This document shows, one piece after another, positions 43,735-52,669 of a stretch of 64,000 bases of DNA. The notes beneath the pieces are model-generated. The model was not told the origin of the DNA, made no database searches, and saw only the letters and a list, made by a program, of their open reading frames with translations. Position 1 is the first letter of the stretch, and the number at the start of each line of letters is the position of its first letter. A program made the translations under genes and the position numbers. The DNA is from a virus: IMG/VR virus record IMGVR_UViG_3300045988_139474, positions 1-64,000 of that record. One strand, given 5' to 3'.

Positions 43735-44892
43735 TTATTTGATTGGGCAGAACATGTCTGAGTGTTTAAAGGCTGTCTTCAAGTCAGAATTGACGATATT
43801 GTCTAAGGCTTCAAGCATCAATCCCTCTAACTCGGCCTTATCGCTTTCGGTTGTTGTCTTGGTCCAGATTTTACGAATCATTTCATAAGCAAGAATCGCC
43901 AGATAGTCCTTAACCAAAGAAGAATTTTGGAAGACAGTGCGATTAGTCAAGCCTAAGGCGATTTCCAGCAGCTTGTGAGGGACATGACGGTTGACGTACA
44001 AGAATGAAATTGCATTAGTCATGAACACCCTTACAGCATTGACGAATTCATCAGCTGTTTCAAACGGTGCAAGATAGCCCGTCAGATTATCCAGTCCAGG
44101 ATAAGACAAAGCAACCTTGTTATCCAAGACGGCCTTGAATTGCTTCTCAGCCAAATTATTGCCCTTCTCAACTGCTACTGGGTCGTTAGCCAGATACACG
44201 TGCAGATTGTTTGAGAACAGCGTGTAATTACCAATTCCCTCAGCAAATTCCTCAGGGTGTTTTTGGTGTAAGTACAGAGCAGTCAGTTCCTGCAGGAAGC
44301 TGAACTCAAAGAAGTTGATAGTAAACACACCATAGCTGACGTCATTTGACCGATTGATTACAGTCACATCAAGCTGTTTCGTCTCTTGATTGACGTCAAA
44401 GTACAGCATGTTATTACATGACCTGTCCTTGATATGCGGTGTTCCATGATTGAATTTGATAGCGTCATACGATTCTTGGGCTGGGTCAAAGATACTCAAG
44501 ACGGCTTGACGGGTCTGAGGGTTGGCCTCAAGATACTTGATAACGCCAGCCCATTGATTATGCTGATACAACATTGGGCCATAGGCTCTAGTCCATGTAA
44601 CGCCATCGTCTGAATACAAAGGTGCGCGGTGTAGGAAGTATTCCAACCAGCCTGAAATTACCTTAGAACCCGATAACACCCAAAAGGTCTCTGCAATAGC
44701 AGCAGCGATTGAGTTATTGCGTCCGTCAAGTGTAACATAACGCTCTTTTGGGTTAGTAACGCAGATTGTAGCTCGCTTTACGGCCTTAGTTGTACCCTTC
44801 TCAGATTGAGTTACTGCGCCGTGAGAGTCAATCAATCTCGCAGCTTGGATATACGCGTCATTTACATTCAACGCATTGATTAAGTGTGGCAT
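43735..44892 (-). CDS. thymidylate-synthase-fold enzyme (ThyA or dUMP hydroxymethylase homologue)
   Basis: Start moved to ATG 44892 (MPHLINAL; SD AAAGGA). Colinear with ThyA: RQAVLSIFDP, nucleophile Cys in DRSCNNMLYFDV (ThyA APCHAFFQFYV), INRSNDVSYGVFTINFF (QRSCDVFLGLPFNIAS, Asn kept), NNLHVY (GDTHLY). Confidence 0.8.
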   Translation of the reverse strand: MPHLINALNVNDAYIQAARLIDSHGAVTQSEKGTTKAVKRATICVTNPKERYVTLDGRNNSIAAAIAETFWVLSGSKVISGWLEYFLHRAPLYSDDGVTWTRAYGPMLYQHNQWAGVIKYLEANPQTRQAVLSIFDPAQESYDAIKFNHGTPHIKDRSCNNMLYFDVNQETKQLDVTVINRSNDVSYGVFTINFFEFSFLQELTALYLHQKHPEEFAEGIGNYTLFSNNLHVYLANDPVAVEKGNNLAEKQFKAVLDNKVALSYPGLDNLTGYLAPFETADEFVNAVRVFMTNAISFLYVNRHVPHKLLEIALGLTNRTVFQNSSLVKDYLAILAYEMIRKIWTKTTTESDKAELEGLMLEALDNIVNSDLKTAFKHSDMFCPIK

Positions 44893-44914
44893 GGTTATCC
44901 TTTCTGTTTGCCTG

Positions 44915-44978
44915 TTCATTATACACAAAGAACGATAAGGCCGAAAAACGCATTCACGAAGAAATTATTTTTCGGCCA
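44915..44978 (-). promoter_or_regulatory. class II promoter-like repeat (sigma70-like, perfect TATAAT)
   Basis: Minus strand GAATGCGTTTTTCGGCCTTATCGTTCTTTGTGTATAATGAAC, upstream of the ThyA-fold gene. Overlaps hairpin GGCCGAAAAA..TTTTTCGGCC, which may terminate dcd. Confidence 0.5.
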
Positions 44979-44983
44979 GTTAG

Positions 44984-45544
44984 CTAGACAGTAGAATCTT
45001 CTGAGAGGACAGCTGCCGATACGGCGTTGTACCCTTGATAGTGTCCGTTGTATCCGTCTGCTTCTAGCAACGGAATATCCAGCTGGTTGAACTTGAGCTG
45101 ACCTATACGCTGGCCAGCCTTCAACACGATAGGATACGGCGCGGAATTATACAATTCAAGAGTGACTGAGCCGTTGAAGCCTGGGTCAATGAAGCCTGCT
45201 AGTTGATGTTCCAACCCGACACGGCCTAATCTTGACTTCAAGCAAAAGTCAGCACATATATCCAGAGGGATTGAAAAGATTTCCGCAGTATGAGCCAGAA
45301 TGAACTGTTGAGGCTGGAGGGTGAATGTTCCTCCCTCCTCAAGCTTAACCCAGTCAAAGTATTCCTCATTGCCTTCCAGCCAGCTTTTCAACGGCTCGGA
45401 TTTACCATTGGGAACCATTAGCTCACAACCAAGAGTTACATCCAAGCTTGCAGGATTGATTAGCTTGCGCAGGTCAAATACATCTCTGTTCTCAACCAGC
45501 CCTTTAGTAATCAACCGCTCGATATTGTAGCGCGACAGAATCAT
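44984..45544 (-). CDS. dcd: dCTP deaminase family protein
   Basis: KSRLGRVGLEHQLAGFIDPGFNGSVTLELYNSAPYPIVLKAGQRIGQLKF parallels E. coli Dcd SSLARLGL...[34 protein letters not shown]. Confidence 0.85.
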   Translation of the reverse strand: MILSRYNIERLITKGLVENRDVFDLRKLINPASLDVTLGCELMVPNGKSEPLKSWLEGNEEYFDWVKLEEGGTFTLQPQQFILAHTAEIFSIPLDICADFCLKSRLGRVGLEHQLAGFIDPGFNGSVTLELYNSAPYPIVLKAGQRIGQLKFNQLDIPLLEADGYNGHYQGYNAVSAAVLSEDSTV

Positions 45545-45545
45545 G

Positions 45546-46280
45546 TTATTCTCCAGTCAGGATACGGTGAACGGACAAGGCTTGGAATTGAGCGTCAGTC
45601 AAAGCGTTATGAGCAGCATCTACAGGAGGTCTAACTCGCGCAATCTTAGGAAACAACAGGGTGGCTGTACGCATATCAAACACGTGATAGTATTCCCAAG
45701 GCACTTCATGACCTAGAATCTGAAGCCAAGCAGAAATGATTGAGATGTCGTATCCACTGCCATTTCCCCAGACACCAATATCCTCTGAGATAACATTAGG
45801 CTCACCAGCTGCTGCTTTCTCGCCAATCAGACGGCGCAAGGCTTCTTTGCACTTGCGGAAATACTCAAGGAATACCAATGCAGCATCTTCGTGCGACATT
45901 GTACCTGATAAAGCTTCGTTTCTGACTTCAGTATTCTGACTGCGCCACCAATTCAAGGTATCTTCATCATGAGTAAAGCGTGAGTCCAGAGCAGGTCTGA
46001 TTTTGATATAGCCGTCTGGAATCAGTCCTTTCAAGACACCCATAGTAGCAATACCAATAGTCAGAATCTGTACGCCATCTCTACCTTTCGATGGACGGCC
46101 TACAGTCTCTAAGTCAATCATCAAATGCGCAGAAGGCATCTTATTGTCGGTGAACTGTTTAAGGACTGGGACGTGAGCCAGACCAGGGTATTTCACCATA
46201 CCTTCAGGCGTTTCCCTGTCCTTTTCCGTGATCAGAATTTCAAGGCAAGCAGGGTCTTGGCTAGTGAACGAATGCAGCAT
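45546..46280 (-). CDS. DEDDh 3'-5' exonuclease
   Basis: Start moved to ATG 46280 (MLHSFTSQ; SD GGGAGGG). Exo I MIDLETVG, Exo II GNGSGYDISI, Exo III HNALTDAQ. Confidence 0.75.
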   Translation of the reverse strand: MLHSFTSQDPACLEILITEKDRETPEGMVKYPGLAHVPVLKQFTDNKMPSAHLMIDLETVGRPSKGRDGVQILTIGIATMGVLKGLIPDGYIKIRPALDSRFTHDEDTLNWWRSQNTEVRNEALSGTMSHEDAALVFLEYFRKCKEALRRLIGEKAAAGEPNVISEDIGVWGNGSGYDISIISAWLQILGHEVPWEYYHVFDMRTATLLFPKIARVRPPVDAAHNALTDAQFQALSVHRILTGE

Positions 46281-46665
46281 AAATAGCCCTCCCTGCGAAG
46301 TACAGACCAACCAGCAATACAACCGCAATAATCGCAATATGCAATTTGTTGAACTCGCTAGTGTCTAACAATCCTTTAGGCTGTTCCGCTTCGGTCTTCG
46401 CCAAGTCCTTCAAAGCCAATGCTGAACGGTACAAGTCATAGCTACCAGACAAACTGTCTGCGGCCTTACTGGCTGTAAAGCAATCGTAAGCCAGTTGAGT
46501 CAGGTCGGTAGGAATATTCAGTGTACGACCACTTGCGGAAAGCTCGGTCAGGCTTTGAATAGCAGCTTCTTCCAAGATAGTCCGATTAGCCTGCTTGAGT
46601 ACACGGTGAGCAGCCAATAACAAGGCAGCTTGCTCAGCGGTCAAATTTGGATACACAACAATCAT
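46261..46665 (-). CDS. hypothetical protein with C-terminal membrane helix
   Basis: 134 aa. C-terminus HIAIIAVVLLVGLYFAGRAIYAAFV. Confidence 0.65.
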   Translation of the reverse strand: MIVVYPNLTAEQAALLLAAHRVLKQANRTILEEAAIQSLTELSASGRTLNIPTDLTQLAYDCFTASKAADSLSGSYDLYRSALALKDLAKTEAEQPKGLLDTSEFNKLHIAIIAVVLLVGLYFAGRAIYAAFVH

Positions 46666-46668
46666 ATA

Positions 46669-47100
46669 TCACTCCTTGTCGGTAATCCCATACGGCAATA
46701 CAAGTCGAATGATTGCGGGTATAGGGATTCTAAACATCTTGTTGACCTCAGTCAAGTCCTCAGTCTTCACTAGCAGGTCAGTCGTTTTCGGGTCAACATC
46801 TACACGCAAGTTGCTTACGGCAAATGGTGTCTGTATTCTAGCTCGGTGAATTGGTGTTCCCAGTTCAGTCATCGGCTCGAATCGGCCTAACGCTTCCAAT
46901 GGCGCCAGCCCTAATCGGTTACAAGCAACCTTAGACAACAGCAATATCTCTTCTGCGTCTGCCTCAGGATACTCAGCAAAGATTTTGGGCAGTTCAAGGT
47001 CTGTATATTGCTTATCATCAATCTTTACAAGAAAGCCTGTTACTGTCTTCTCAAGCGTCATAGTGAAGCCTGTTGAACCGCAATTATCAAACTTAATCAT
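46669..47100 (-). CDS. hypothetical protein
   Basis: 143-aa ORF in a tight operon. Confidence 0.7.
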   Translation of the reverse strand: MIKFDNCGSTGFTMTLEKTVTGFLVKIDDKQYTDLELPKIFAEYPEADAEEILLLSKVACNRLGLAPLEALGRFEPMTELGTPIHRARIQTPFAVSNLRVDVDPKTTDLLVKTEDLTEVNKMFRIPIPAIIRLVLPYGITDKE

Positions 47101-47474
47101 GCTACTTTCATCCCCTTCGCTCGGAGTGACTCAATCATCTCCTTGTCGATAGCGTCAATCTGGTCTTGGTACATGATTGGGATTGAGCTCAGCTTCAAAC
47201 GGAAACTCAATGCGCCCAAGTCCTGCTCCAGATAAACGAAGCGCAGGCCGTCTCGGTCGAAACGATAGCCGATGACTTCATTTGTACCAGCCGTTCCTGC
47301 GAAATGCAATTCACCAGAGTTATTGAGTACATCACGCGCTTCTGTAAACTGTTGCATAGTCAGGCGTGTTGAGCTCAAGTCAGTAAAAATCAGGTTTCGG
47401 GCTTCGTGTAAGCCTTTTGCTTTCACCAGCCAATCAAAGAATCGGGGGAAATTGTTATTGCTAGTGATTTTCAT
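47097..47474 (-). CDS. hypothetical protein
   Basis: 125-aa ORF with 4-nt overlaps on both sides. Confidence 0.7.
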   Translation of the reverse strand: MKITSNNNFPRFFDWLVKAKGLHEARNLIFTDLSSTRLTMQQFTEARDVLNNSGELHFAGTAGTNEVIGYRFDRDGLRFVYLEQDLGALSFRLKLSSIPIMYQDQIDAIDKEMIESLRAKGMKVA

Positions 47475-47770
47475 GACTCAACCTTATCGAATCTATGGAA
47501 TTCTTCAAACCATACACCATAGTGTCGGGATATAAAGGCATGGTCAAACAACTCAACAAACTTCAAGTCTCTATTGACTTGCGGTTCATAAGGGCTGAAA
47601 TAACAGCTTCTCAAGCTCAGGTTGTCGTGATGGTTAAGGTATTTTCCAAATGGGATCATTTGAGCGGGCAGGCAATAAATAACCACATGCTTGCCTTCAG
47701 CTAAAAGGCGTTCAGCCTCTTGTAGCATGCGTTCTGTACGGCCTGTTTGTCTGTTAGGGTCTTGAAACAT
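47471..47770 (-). CDS. hypothetical protein
   Basis: 99-aa ORF in a tight operon. Confidence 0.65.
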   Translation of the reverse strand: MFQDPNRQTGRTERMLQEAERLLAEGKHVVIYCLPAQMIPFGKYLNHHDNLSLRSCYFSPYEPQVNRDLKFVELFDHAFISRHYGVWFEEFHRFDKVES

Positions 47771-47772
47771 AG

Positions 47773-48516
47773 TCAGTTCCTTTCATAAGGTTTTGCTTGA
47801 AAAACATAAACGATTGATTCTAACCAATCAACAATCTCAGGATTCAACGGCATAGTTTTGAATCCGCATCTGTATAGCATTGCGGAATCGTAGATTTCAA
47901 TAGGCAATCGGACAGGCAAAGTCTCAAAGCCTGCTTGAGCGGTTTTCATCTTATCAACAATTGCTTTTGAATTATGATAAGCCTGTTTCGTGCTGAATGG
48001 GACGGTCGGTTGCTCATAGCCGATGTCGTGACCAAACAATTCCTTATAGACGGCGTACATGTCGACACCTAAGGAATACGCACGCGCAATATAGACAGCT
48101 ACTGTATCTTGATTAGGACTCAGCGCAATCATCCCTTGAACATTCTTCGTACTGGCTGCTGCAATACAAGTAGCACCTTTCAAATTCCAGAAGTCGTCAA
48201 GCTGCGACACCTCTTTCCATTTCACATAAATATATGGCTTCTCAGCTGTAATCAATTTCAAGTTAAGGCAGACAATAGCAATCAGAAAAGTAAACGCAAT
48301 GCTGAAAGCAGCCCAATCACCCTTTAGGAGCGCGTTACAGGCCGTGAACGCAGAAATGATTGAAAACGATATGGCTGCTGGTTGTTCCCAGATAGCCGAC
48401 CAATCAATCCGCGTTTTCACGATACGCATTGACTTGAGTGAGACAGCATGGTTGAAAGTCTCAGCTGTAAGCAGCTTTCCAGTCTGCACGTCAAAAATAA
48501 ATTTGTTGATAGACAT
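47773..48516 (-). CDS. membrane protein
   Basis: 247 aa with two central hydrophobic helices (PAAISFSIISAFTACNALL / FSIAFTFLIAIVCLNL). Confidence 0.7.
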   Translation of the reverse strand: MSINKFIFDVQTGKLLTAETFNHAVSLKSMRIVKTRIDWSAIWEQPAAISFSIISAFTACNALLKGDWAAFSIAFTFLIAIVCLNLKLITAEKPYIYVKWKEVSQLDDFWNLKGATCIAAASTKNVQGMIALSPNQDTVAVYIARAYSLGVDMYAVYKELFGHDIGYEQPTVPFSTKQAYHNSKAIVDKMKTAQAGFETLPVRLPIEIYDSAMLYRCGFKTMPLNPEIVDWLESIVYVFQAKPYERN

Positions 48517-48563
48517 TTTGAGTTTCCTTTTTCACTGGGTCTAGTGCGAATTTTACTTAATGG

Positions 48564-49388
48564 TTATCTGAGAACATGATATCTTTTTATCTGCTTCAGA
48601 AATTCGATTTGTTCGGTTGTAGGCTTGAGTAATCCCATGAAAGCGGCACCGCTGTAGTAAAAATGCGAGTTGTGCCTACGGTCTCTTAAGGAATACTTGT
48701 CAAGAAGTACATAATAAAACACAGGATTAAAGTTTTTATCGAAAATACGCAATTTAGCTACATAGTCTCTTAACTCGATGGTGACTGGGAATAAAAGCCT
48801 ATCAGTAAAAGCACCCTTTTCAGCTACTTCAAATGTTCTTGAGTAATAAAACTTTTCGTCTGCAGTTAGCTTTAAAATGTCTTCGCCTGACCTGCTGAAA
48901 ACACAAATGCCATAATTGCCCAAGGCAGGCATTTGTGTTAAGTCTTTAGTGACTTCAAAAATCCTTATGTGAGTCTTGCCCTTAGTCGGCCAAGAAGTAT
49001 TCCTATGACTTTCATCCGCTTTAATAATGAGACCATTATAAAAGTTTTGAATAGAAAGGACTGAATAAGGGTCATCCGTCATATTTTGTATGAAGAATGC
49101 GCGTGGTTTCATTAGGCCTTGTATTAAATATTGATAATTGATATTAGCTGTAAGCTCAGGGTGTTTTTCTCTAATCTTATTAAAGAATTTAAGGTGCTTG
49201 CCGTGAACTGTTAAATCAAAAAATCCTCCTGAATAGTTTTCAGGCAAGTCTTTAGAATCAACTGTTGACCTGTCAAACTCAAAATTTTTTAATCTGGCGT
49301 AATCTACATCCAATTCGTATATTCTGGAAAGAACCCATGGAGTGTCTCTATCCGCAGCATCAACGCCGTCTATCTCAATACCATACAT
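48564..49388 (-). CDS. hypothetical protein (AT-rich module, gene 2)
   Basis: 274-aa ORF. Sampled 60-nt lines are 32-37% GC. 19-nt overlap with gene 1. Confidence 0.7.
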   Translation of the reverse strand: MYGIEIDGVDAADRDTPWVLSRIYELDVDYARLKNFEFDRSTVDSKDLPENYSGGFFDLTVHGKHLKFFNKIREKHPELTANINYQYLIQGLMKPRAFFIQNMTDDPYSVLSIQNFYNGLIIKADESHRNTSWPTKGKTHIRIFEVTKDLTQMPALGNYGICVFSRSGEDILKLTADEKFYYSRTFEVAEKGAFTDRLLFPVTIELRDYVAKLRIFDKNFNPVFYYVLLDKYSLRDRRHNSHFYYSGAAFMGLLKPTTEQIEFLKQIKRYHVLR

Positions 49389-49900
49389 CCTATTACCCCT
49401 CTTGATACCATATATGTGTCTGCCTGAACTACTCTTGAGCCTGTAACAGGTATTTTCGGGTAATCCTCAAGGATTTCTCTTTTTTGACCTGTATCAAAAA
49501 TTATATTGTATTCTGGATTGTTCCAATTAGCTCTATTGTAATTTGTAGGCAATAACACTTGCTGAGGGTGAACGAATCCTCCAAAATCGGTTTTCCCTAT
49601 CTCGTTGCTGTTAACATTAGCAAGTTTTAGTATCTTGAGCCCTTGCCCCTCGACATTCAGCACAAGATAATCCTGTATGCTATCATATTTCTCATTTAGC
49701 TGAAACGGATTAGAATATACAATGAACTTCTCACCAAATTCTATTTCAGGAAGATTTGGGACGATACCGACATCAATGACCTTCGGATACCCCCCCCGCA
49801 ACATTACAGATGAGACCGTAACAATATGCTCAGTTATTGATTTGATATCAAATTGATTTCTGAATTCTAAGTCAGAAAGATACAAGCCGTAGCCTGGCAT
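49370..49900 (-). CDS. hypothetical protein (AT-rich module, gene 1)
   Basis: 176-aa ORF preceded by a 456-nt non-coding structured region, not by a class I promoter. Confidence 0.7.
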   Translation of the reverse strand: MPGYGLYLSDLEFRNQFDIKSITEHIVTVSSVMLRGGYPKVIDVGIVPNLPEIEFGEKFIVYSNPFQLNEKYDSIQDYLVLNVEGQGLKILKLANVNSNEIGKTDFGGFVHPQQVLLPTNYNRANWNNPEYNIIFDTGQKREILEDYPKIPVTGSRVVQADTYMVSRGVIGCMVLR

Positions 49901-49951
49901 ATCTTTTCCTTTCTTAAAGTTTGAGATTGATTGAAAAAGATTTCCTCTTTA

Positions 49952-50058
49952 GGAATCGCCCTAACCCTGTTGCTAGCAGAAGCGTTGGAGAGTGAACGCT
50001 GACCTAGCATACTGCATGGAGGTAGGAGAGGTAATTGATACAAGGTCAAAGCGATTCC
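49952..50058. ncRNA. candidate structured RNA element (three nested helices); strand unresolved
   Basis: GGAATCGC 49952-59 pairs with GCGATTCC 50051-58. Inside it, TGCTAG 49971-76 pairs with CTAGCA 50004-09. Inside that, AGCGTT 49981-86 pairs with AACGCT 49995-50000. Confidence 0.3.
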
Positions 50059-50356
50059 GAAAAAGAACTGGTTACCATTATCCAGCGTCACTGAGCTTTC
50101 GCCATGACGGATTTTCTATACATTAAGTCTGGAGTGATAGTAGGCTTTATTTTACTTTGCGCCTACCAGACAAAGTTCAGGAGTCAACTTGCTCAGCACA
50201 GCCAGCTAGAAAATAGGCTAAACTAACAGGCTGCACTCAACAGGTTTAACTGTTGAAAAACAAAAGGAACTTAATATGCTAAAACAAGGCCAATATTACC
50301 ATTTATGTCTCCCGCATATTGGCGGACGGGATATGCAACCCCTTGCAGAAAATCAA

Positions 50357-50980
50357 TCAGCTACAGATTTCAGTCATCATAGCTTTATACAGCTGGTTTC
50401 TTTTGCGAACAGATTCAATTGAGTCGTTCATAAATACAGGATGTTTGTCGACAATTATTTCCGCAATTTCGCTCGGAGTTTTCGAACAAAATTCATAGTC
50501 AATCATCCTAGTATGACCGTCAACTACCAGATAGCTCTTGCCTTCTCCCCATGCAGACCATTTAAAGAAGTCACAATCTAGTCCGTCTAACAAATAGGCA
50601 TTGTCCTTGTCTTCAATGTAAAAGTATGTTATGCCTCTTCTCCCTCTAATAGGCAGATGCATCACAAAATACGGATTTACGCATGAATCTAACAAGGCCT
50701 TTGGCTCTACTGGAACTTTCTTGTAAGAAGCTCCCTCCATAAATACTACACCGACGAAGACGATAAGCAAACTCAGGCCAATTATTAGCAGCAACATAGC
50801 TTCAGGCGCAAATTGGGTTTTGGTAAAATACCAGCCTATCAAAACACAAGCTGCCATAATAACCCCAGCCCCTATGACCCCAGTATTGAGTACATACGTG
50901 TGCCATCTCGTTGAGGATTTGCTGTAATACGCTCGAAACTCGCCTGTTTGACGGTTCATTTTCAGTAGCGTATCAGTCAT
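50357..50980 (-). CDS. membrane protein
   Basis: Start moved to ATG 50980 (MTDTLLKMNRQ; SD GGAG; 8-nt overlap). Two hydrophobic helices, then a soluble domain. Confidence 0.7.
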   Translation of the reverse strand: MTDTLLKMNRQTGEFRAYYSKSSTRWHTYVLNTGVIGAGVIMAACVLIGWYFTKTQFAPEAMLLLIIGLSLLIVFVGVVFMEGASYKKVPVEPKALLDSCVNPYFVMHLPIRGRRGITYFYIEDKDNAYLLDGLDCDFFKWSAWGEGKSYLVVDGHTRMIDYEFCSKTPSEIAEIIVDKHPVFMNDSIESVRKRNQLYKAMMTEICS

Positions 50981-51563
50981 TGAGTGACTCCATGTATTTT
51001 GCAAACTCTTCTGAGTCGGAGCTTTGAGCAGGCTCAATCGCGTCATAGTATTTTGAAGTGCCCTCTACAGTCACGGACAATTCTTTGATAAACTCGTCAA
51101 CATCCATGTTAACATCACGGAAATTGTTGATTGAGATACCGGCAGAAATACGGCTTCGCTCAAATTTCAATTCGTCAATCTTCGCAAGGATTGAAGATTT
51201 TGATTCCTCCCAAGAGTCAATCTGGGATTGAATGCGTGCCAAGAAGTCTTGTTTCTTACCTAACAACACTTTAATGCGGAATGCTTCACGCGCTTTGCGA
51301 GGGTCTTTAGATTCAGCTGCGCGCAACTCTTGCTCCAGTCCTTTCAAGATACTTGTATGCTGCTTCACTTGTTCTTGAGTATCCGACTCAACGGACTTGA
51401 GTTGGGCTTGCTCGATACAAATGCTCTTGAGATGTTTATTCAGCTTGTCGATTTCACCCTGAATATACTGTTTCGCTGCGGAAGAATCAGAGCTAATCAT
51501 GTCCTTAACAGCACCGTTAGTTTTAGAAGTGAAAATGGCTTTTACAGCTTTAAATACGTTCAT
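50973..51563 (-). CDS. coiled-coil protein, possibly PspA/IM30-like
   Basis: N-terminus MNVFKAVKAIFTSKTNGAVKDM resembles PspA [22 protein letters not shown]. The rest is long heptad-rich helix. Confidence 0.4.
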   Translation of the reverse strand: MNVFKAVKAIFTSKTNGAVKDMISSDSSAAKQYIQGEIDKLNKHLKSICIEQAQLKSVESDTQEQVKQHTSILKGLEQELRAAESKDPRKAREAFRIKVLLGKKQDFLARIQSQIDSWEESKSSILAKIDELKFERSRISAGISINNFRDVNMDVDEFIKELSVTVEGTSKYYDAIEPAQSSDSEEFAKYMESLND

Positions 51564-51599
51564 TTGATATGTCTCCTGACTAGGTTGATAATAGGTAGC

Positions 51600-51631
51600 T
51601 TTAAATCTCGCTCACCAATTTTAATTTTTAA
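51600..51631 (-). promoter_or_regulatory. class I phage promoter motif
   Basis: TAAAAATTAAAATTGGTGAGCGAGATTTAAAG, upstream of 50973..51563. Confidence 0.55.
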
Positions 51632-51663
51632 GCTTTCCGCAAGAATCTTAGCGTTGAGACACT

Positions 51664-51834
51664 TTATGTCGCTTCGCGCAAGACTTTCAAGGCTGAAGCG
51701 TCAACATTGTAGCGTTTCAGCAACATCTTTTTAACAGATGACTTGCTAGGCAATTCATTCGGGTCAACTGTAATCTTGTCTTCAATCAGCTTTGCGCCTT
51801 GTTGAATCTTGAAATACCAAGTTTGAAACATCAT
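51664..51834 (-). CDS. hypothetical small protein
   Basis: Track ORF 51664..51915 overlaps the tRNA. Start moved to ATG 51834 (MMFQTWYF; SD GAGGAAG). Confidence 0.5.
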   Translation of the reverse strand: MMFQTWYFKIQQGAKLIEDKITVDPNELPSKSSVKKMLLKRYNVDASALKVLREAT

Positions 51835-51857
51835 GACTTCCTCAATCGTTATTAATC

Positions 51858-51935
51858 TGGTGGGTGCCGCAGGACTCGAACCTGTCTGCCTACCGTTTAT
51901 GAGACGGCTGCTCATACCTCATGAGCTTGACACCC
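51858..51935 (-). tRNA. tRNA with anticodon CAT (elongator Met or Ile2), CCA encoded
   Basis: Minus strand folds as a cloverleaf: GGGTGTC AA GCTC ATGAGGTAT GAGC A GCCGT CTCATAA ACGGT AGGCAG ACAGG TTCGAGT CCTGC GGCACCC A CCA. 7-bp acceptor, T-loop TTCGAGT. One A-C mismatch in the T stem, and A instead of U at position 8. Confidence 0.8.
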
Positions 51936-51981
51936 TCTGCTTAATCTGGTGCTTGGGATACTTTATCGCTCAAGCTATGAC

Positions 51982-52012
51982 TGTATATTCTGTTCACCAA
52001 TTCTAATTTTTA
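51982..52012 (-). promoter_or_regulatory. class I phage promoter motif driving the tRNA
   Basis: TAAAAATTAGAATTGGTGAACAGAATATACAG, ~45 nt upstream of the tRNA 5' end. Confidence 0.55.
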
Positions 52013-52028
52013 TGAATCGGCGAAATTT

Positions 52029-52406
52029 TCATTTCAAGTCCAATTCTTCTTTCACGCGTTTGACTACATCTGGAACAAAACCGTCCAAGACTTCAGCCGC
52101 ATCAGAAAGAATGTAAGTGTCAAAACGCATTTGCAATTCTTTCAAGGCCGTGCTAGTTTTGCGTTTACCGCCTTCTGAATTGAAAATATCAACCATTGTC
52201 TCTGCTACTGCTTGAGACAGATAGTAATTTGTCTGATGAATAGCACCCTCAAGGATTTCCATGCGGGTCTCATAGGCTTTAGTCTCAGCAATAACCTCAT
52301 CTCGTATTGCGTCTGGGATTCGTTCCAAGATAGCCAAAGCCAATTTGTTATCGGCGCATTCGGCTTCTCTACGAAGCTCCTCTAAAGTCATATTGCTGAA
52401 ATACAC
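52029..52406 (-). CDS. hypothetical protein
   Basis: 125-aa ORF behind class I promoter 52436..52466. GTG at 52406 or ATG 15 nt downstream. Confidence 0.7.
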   Translation of the reverse strand: MYFSNMTLEELRREAECADNKLALAILERIPDAIRDEVIAETKAYETRMEILEGAIHQTNYYLSQAVAETMVDIFNSEGGKRKTSTALKELQMRFDTYILSDAAEVLDGFVPDVVKRVKEELDLK

Positions 52407-52435
52407 GGTGTTTCCTTAAAAGTGCTATTCATAAG

Positions 52436-52466
52436 CTGATATTCCATCAGCCAATCTTAATTTTTA
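52436..52466 (-). promoter_or_regulatory. class I phage promoter motif
   Basis: TAAAAATTAAGATTGGCTGATGGAATATCAGC, upstream of 52029..52406. Confidence 0.6.
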
Positions 52467-52669
52467 ATTGACCACTTCTGCTCAAGAACTAAGGCGCACA
52501 GCCCAAGCATACGGTCGGTTGTCGTCTTGAGATAAACAAGTTTTCCGCTAGGATAAGCATACAAGTCACCTGTTTCTTGAATGCTTAACACTGTTGCTTG
52601 AATGCCGTATGAGTCAGACACTACTTGAGTGCCCTCTCGCAGTTCATCAATCCTTAGCATTGCCGTCAT
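52457..52669 (-). CDS. hypothetical small protein
   Basis: Start placed at ATG 52669 (or 52660), overlapping the end of the upstream gene. Its stop lies inside class I promoter 52436..52466. Confidence 0.5.
   Translation of the reverse strand: MTAMLRIDELREGTQVVSDSYGIQATVLSIQETGDLYAYPSGKLVYLKTTTDRMLGLCALVLEQKWSIKN

Noticed and set aside
49867-50425. ORF 49867..50091(-), 74 aa, and a 49-codon plus-strand ORF starting at 50276 in the 456-nt gap.
   Set aside because: Neither has an RBS. Their composition is non-protein-like. The plus-strand one overlaps the 3' end of 50357..50980 on the opposite strand. The nested helices suggest RNA structure rather than coding.
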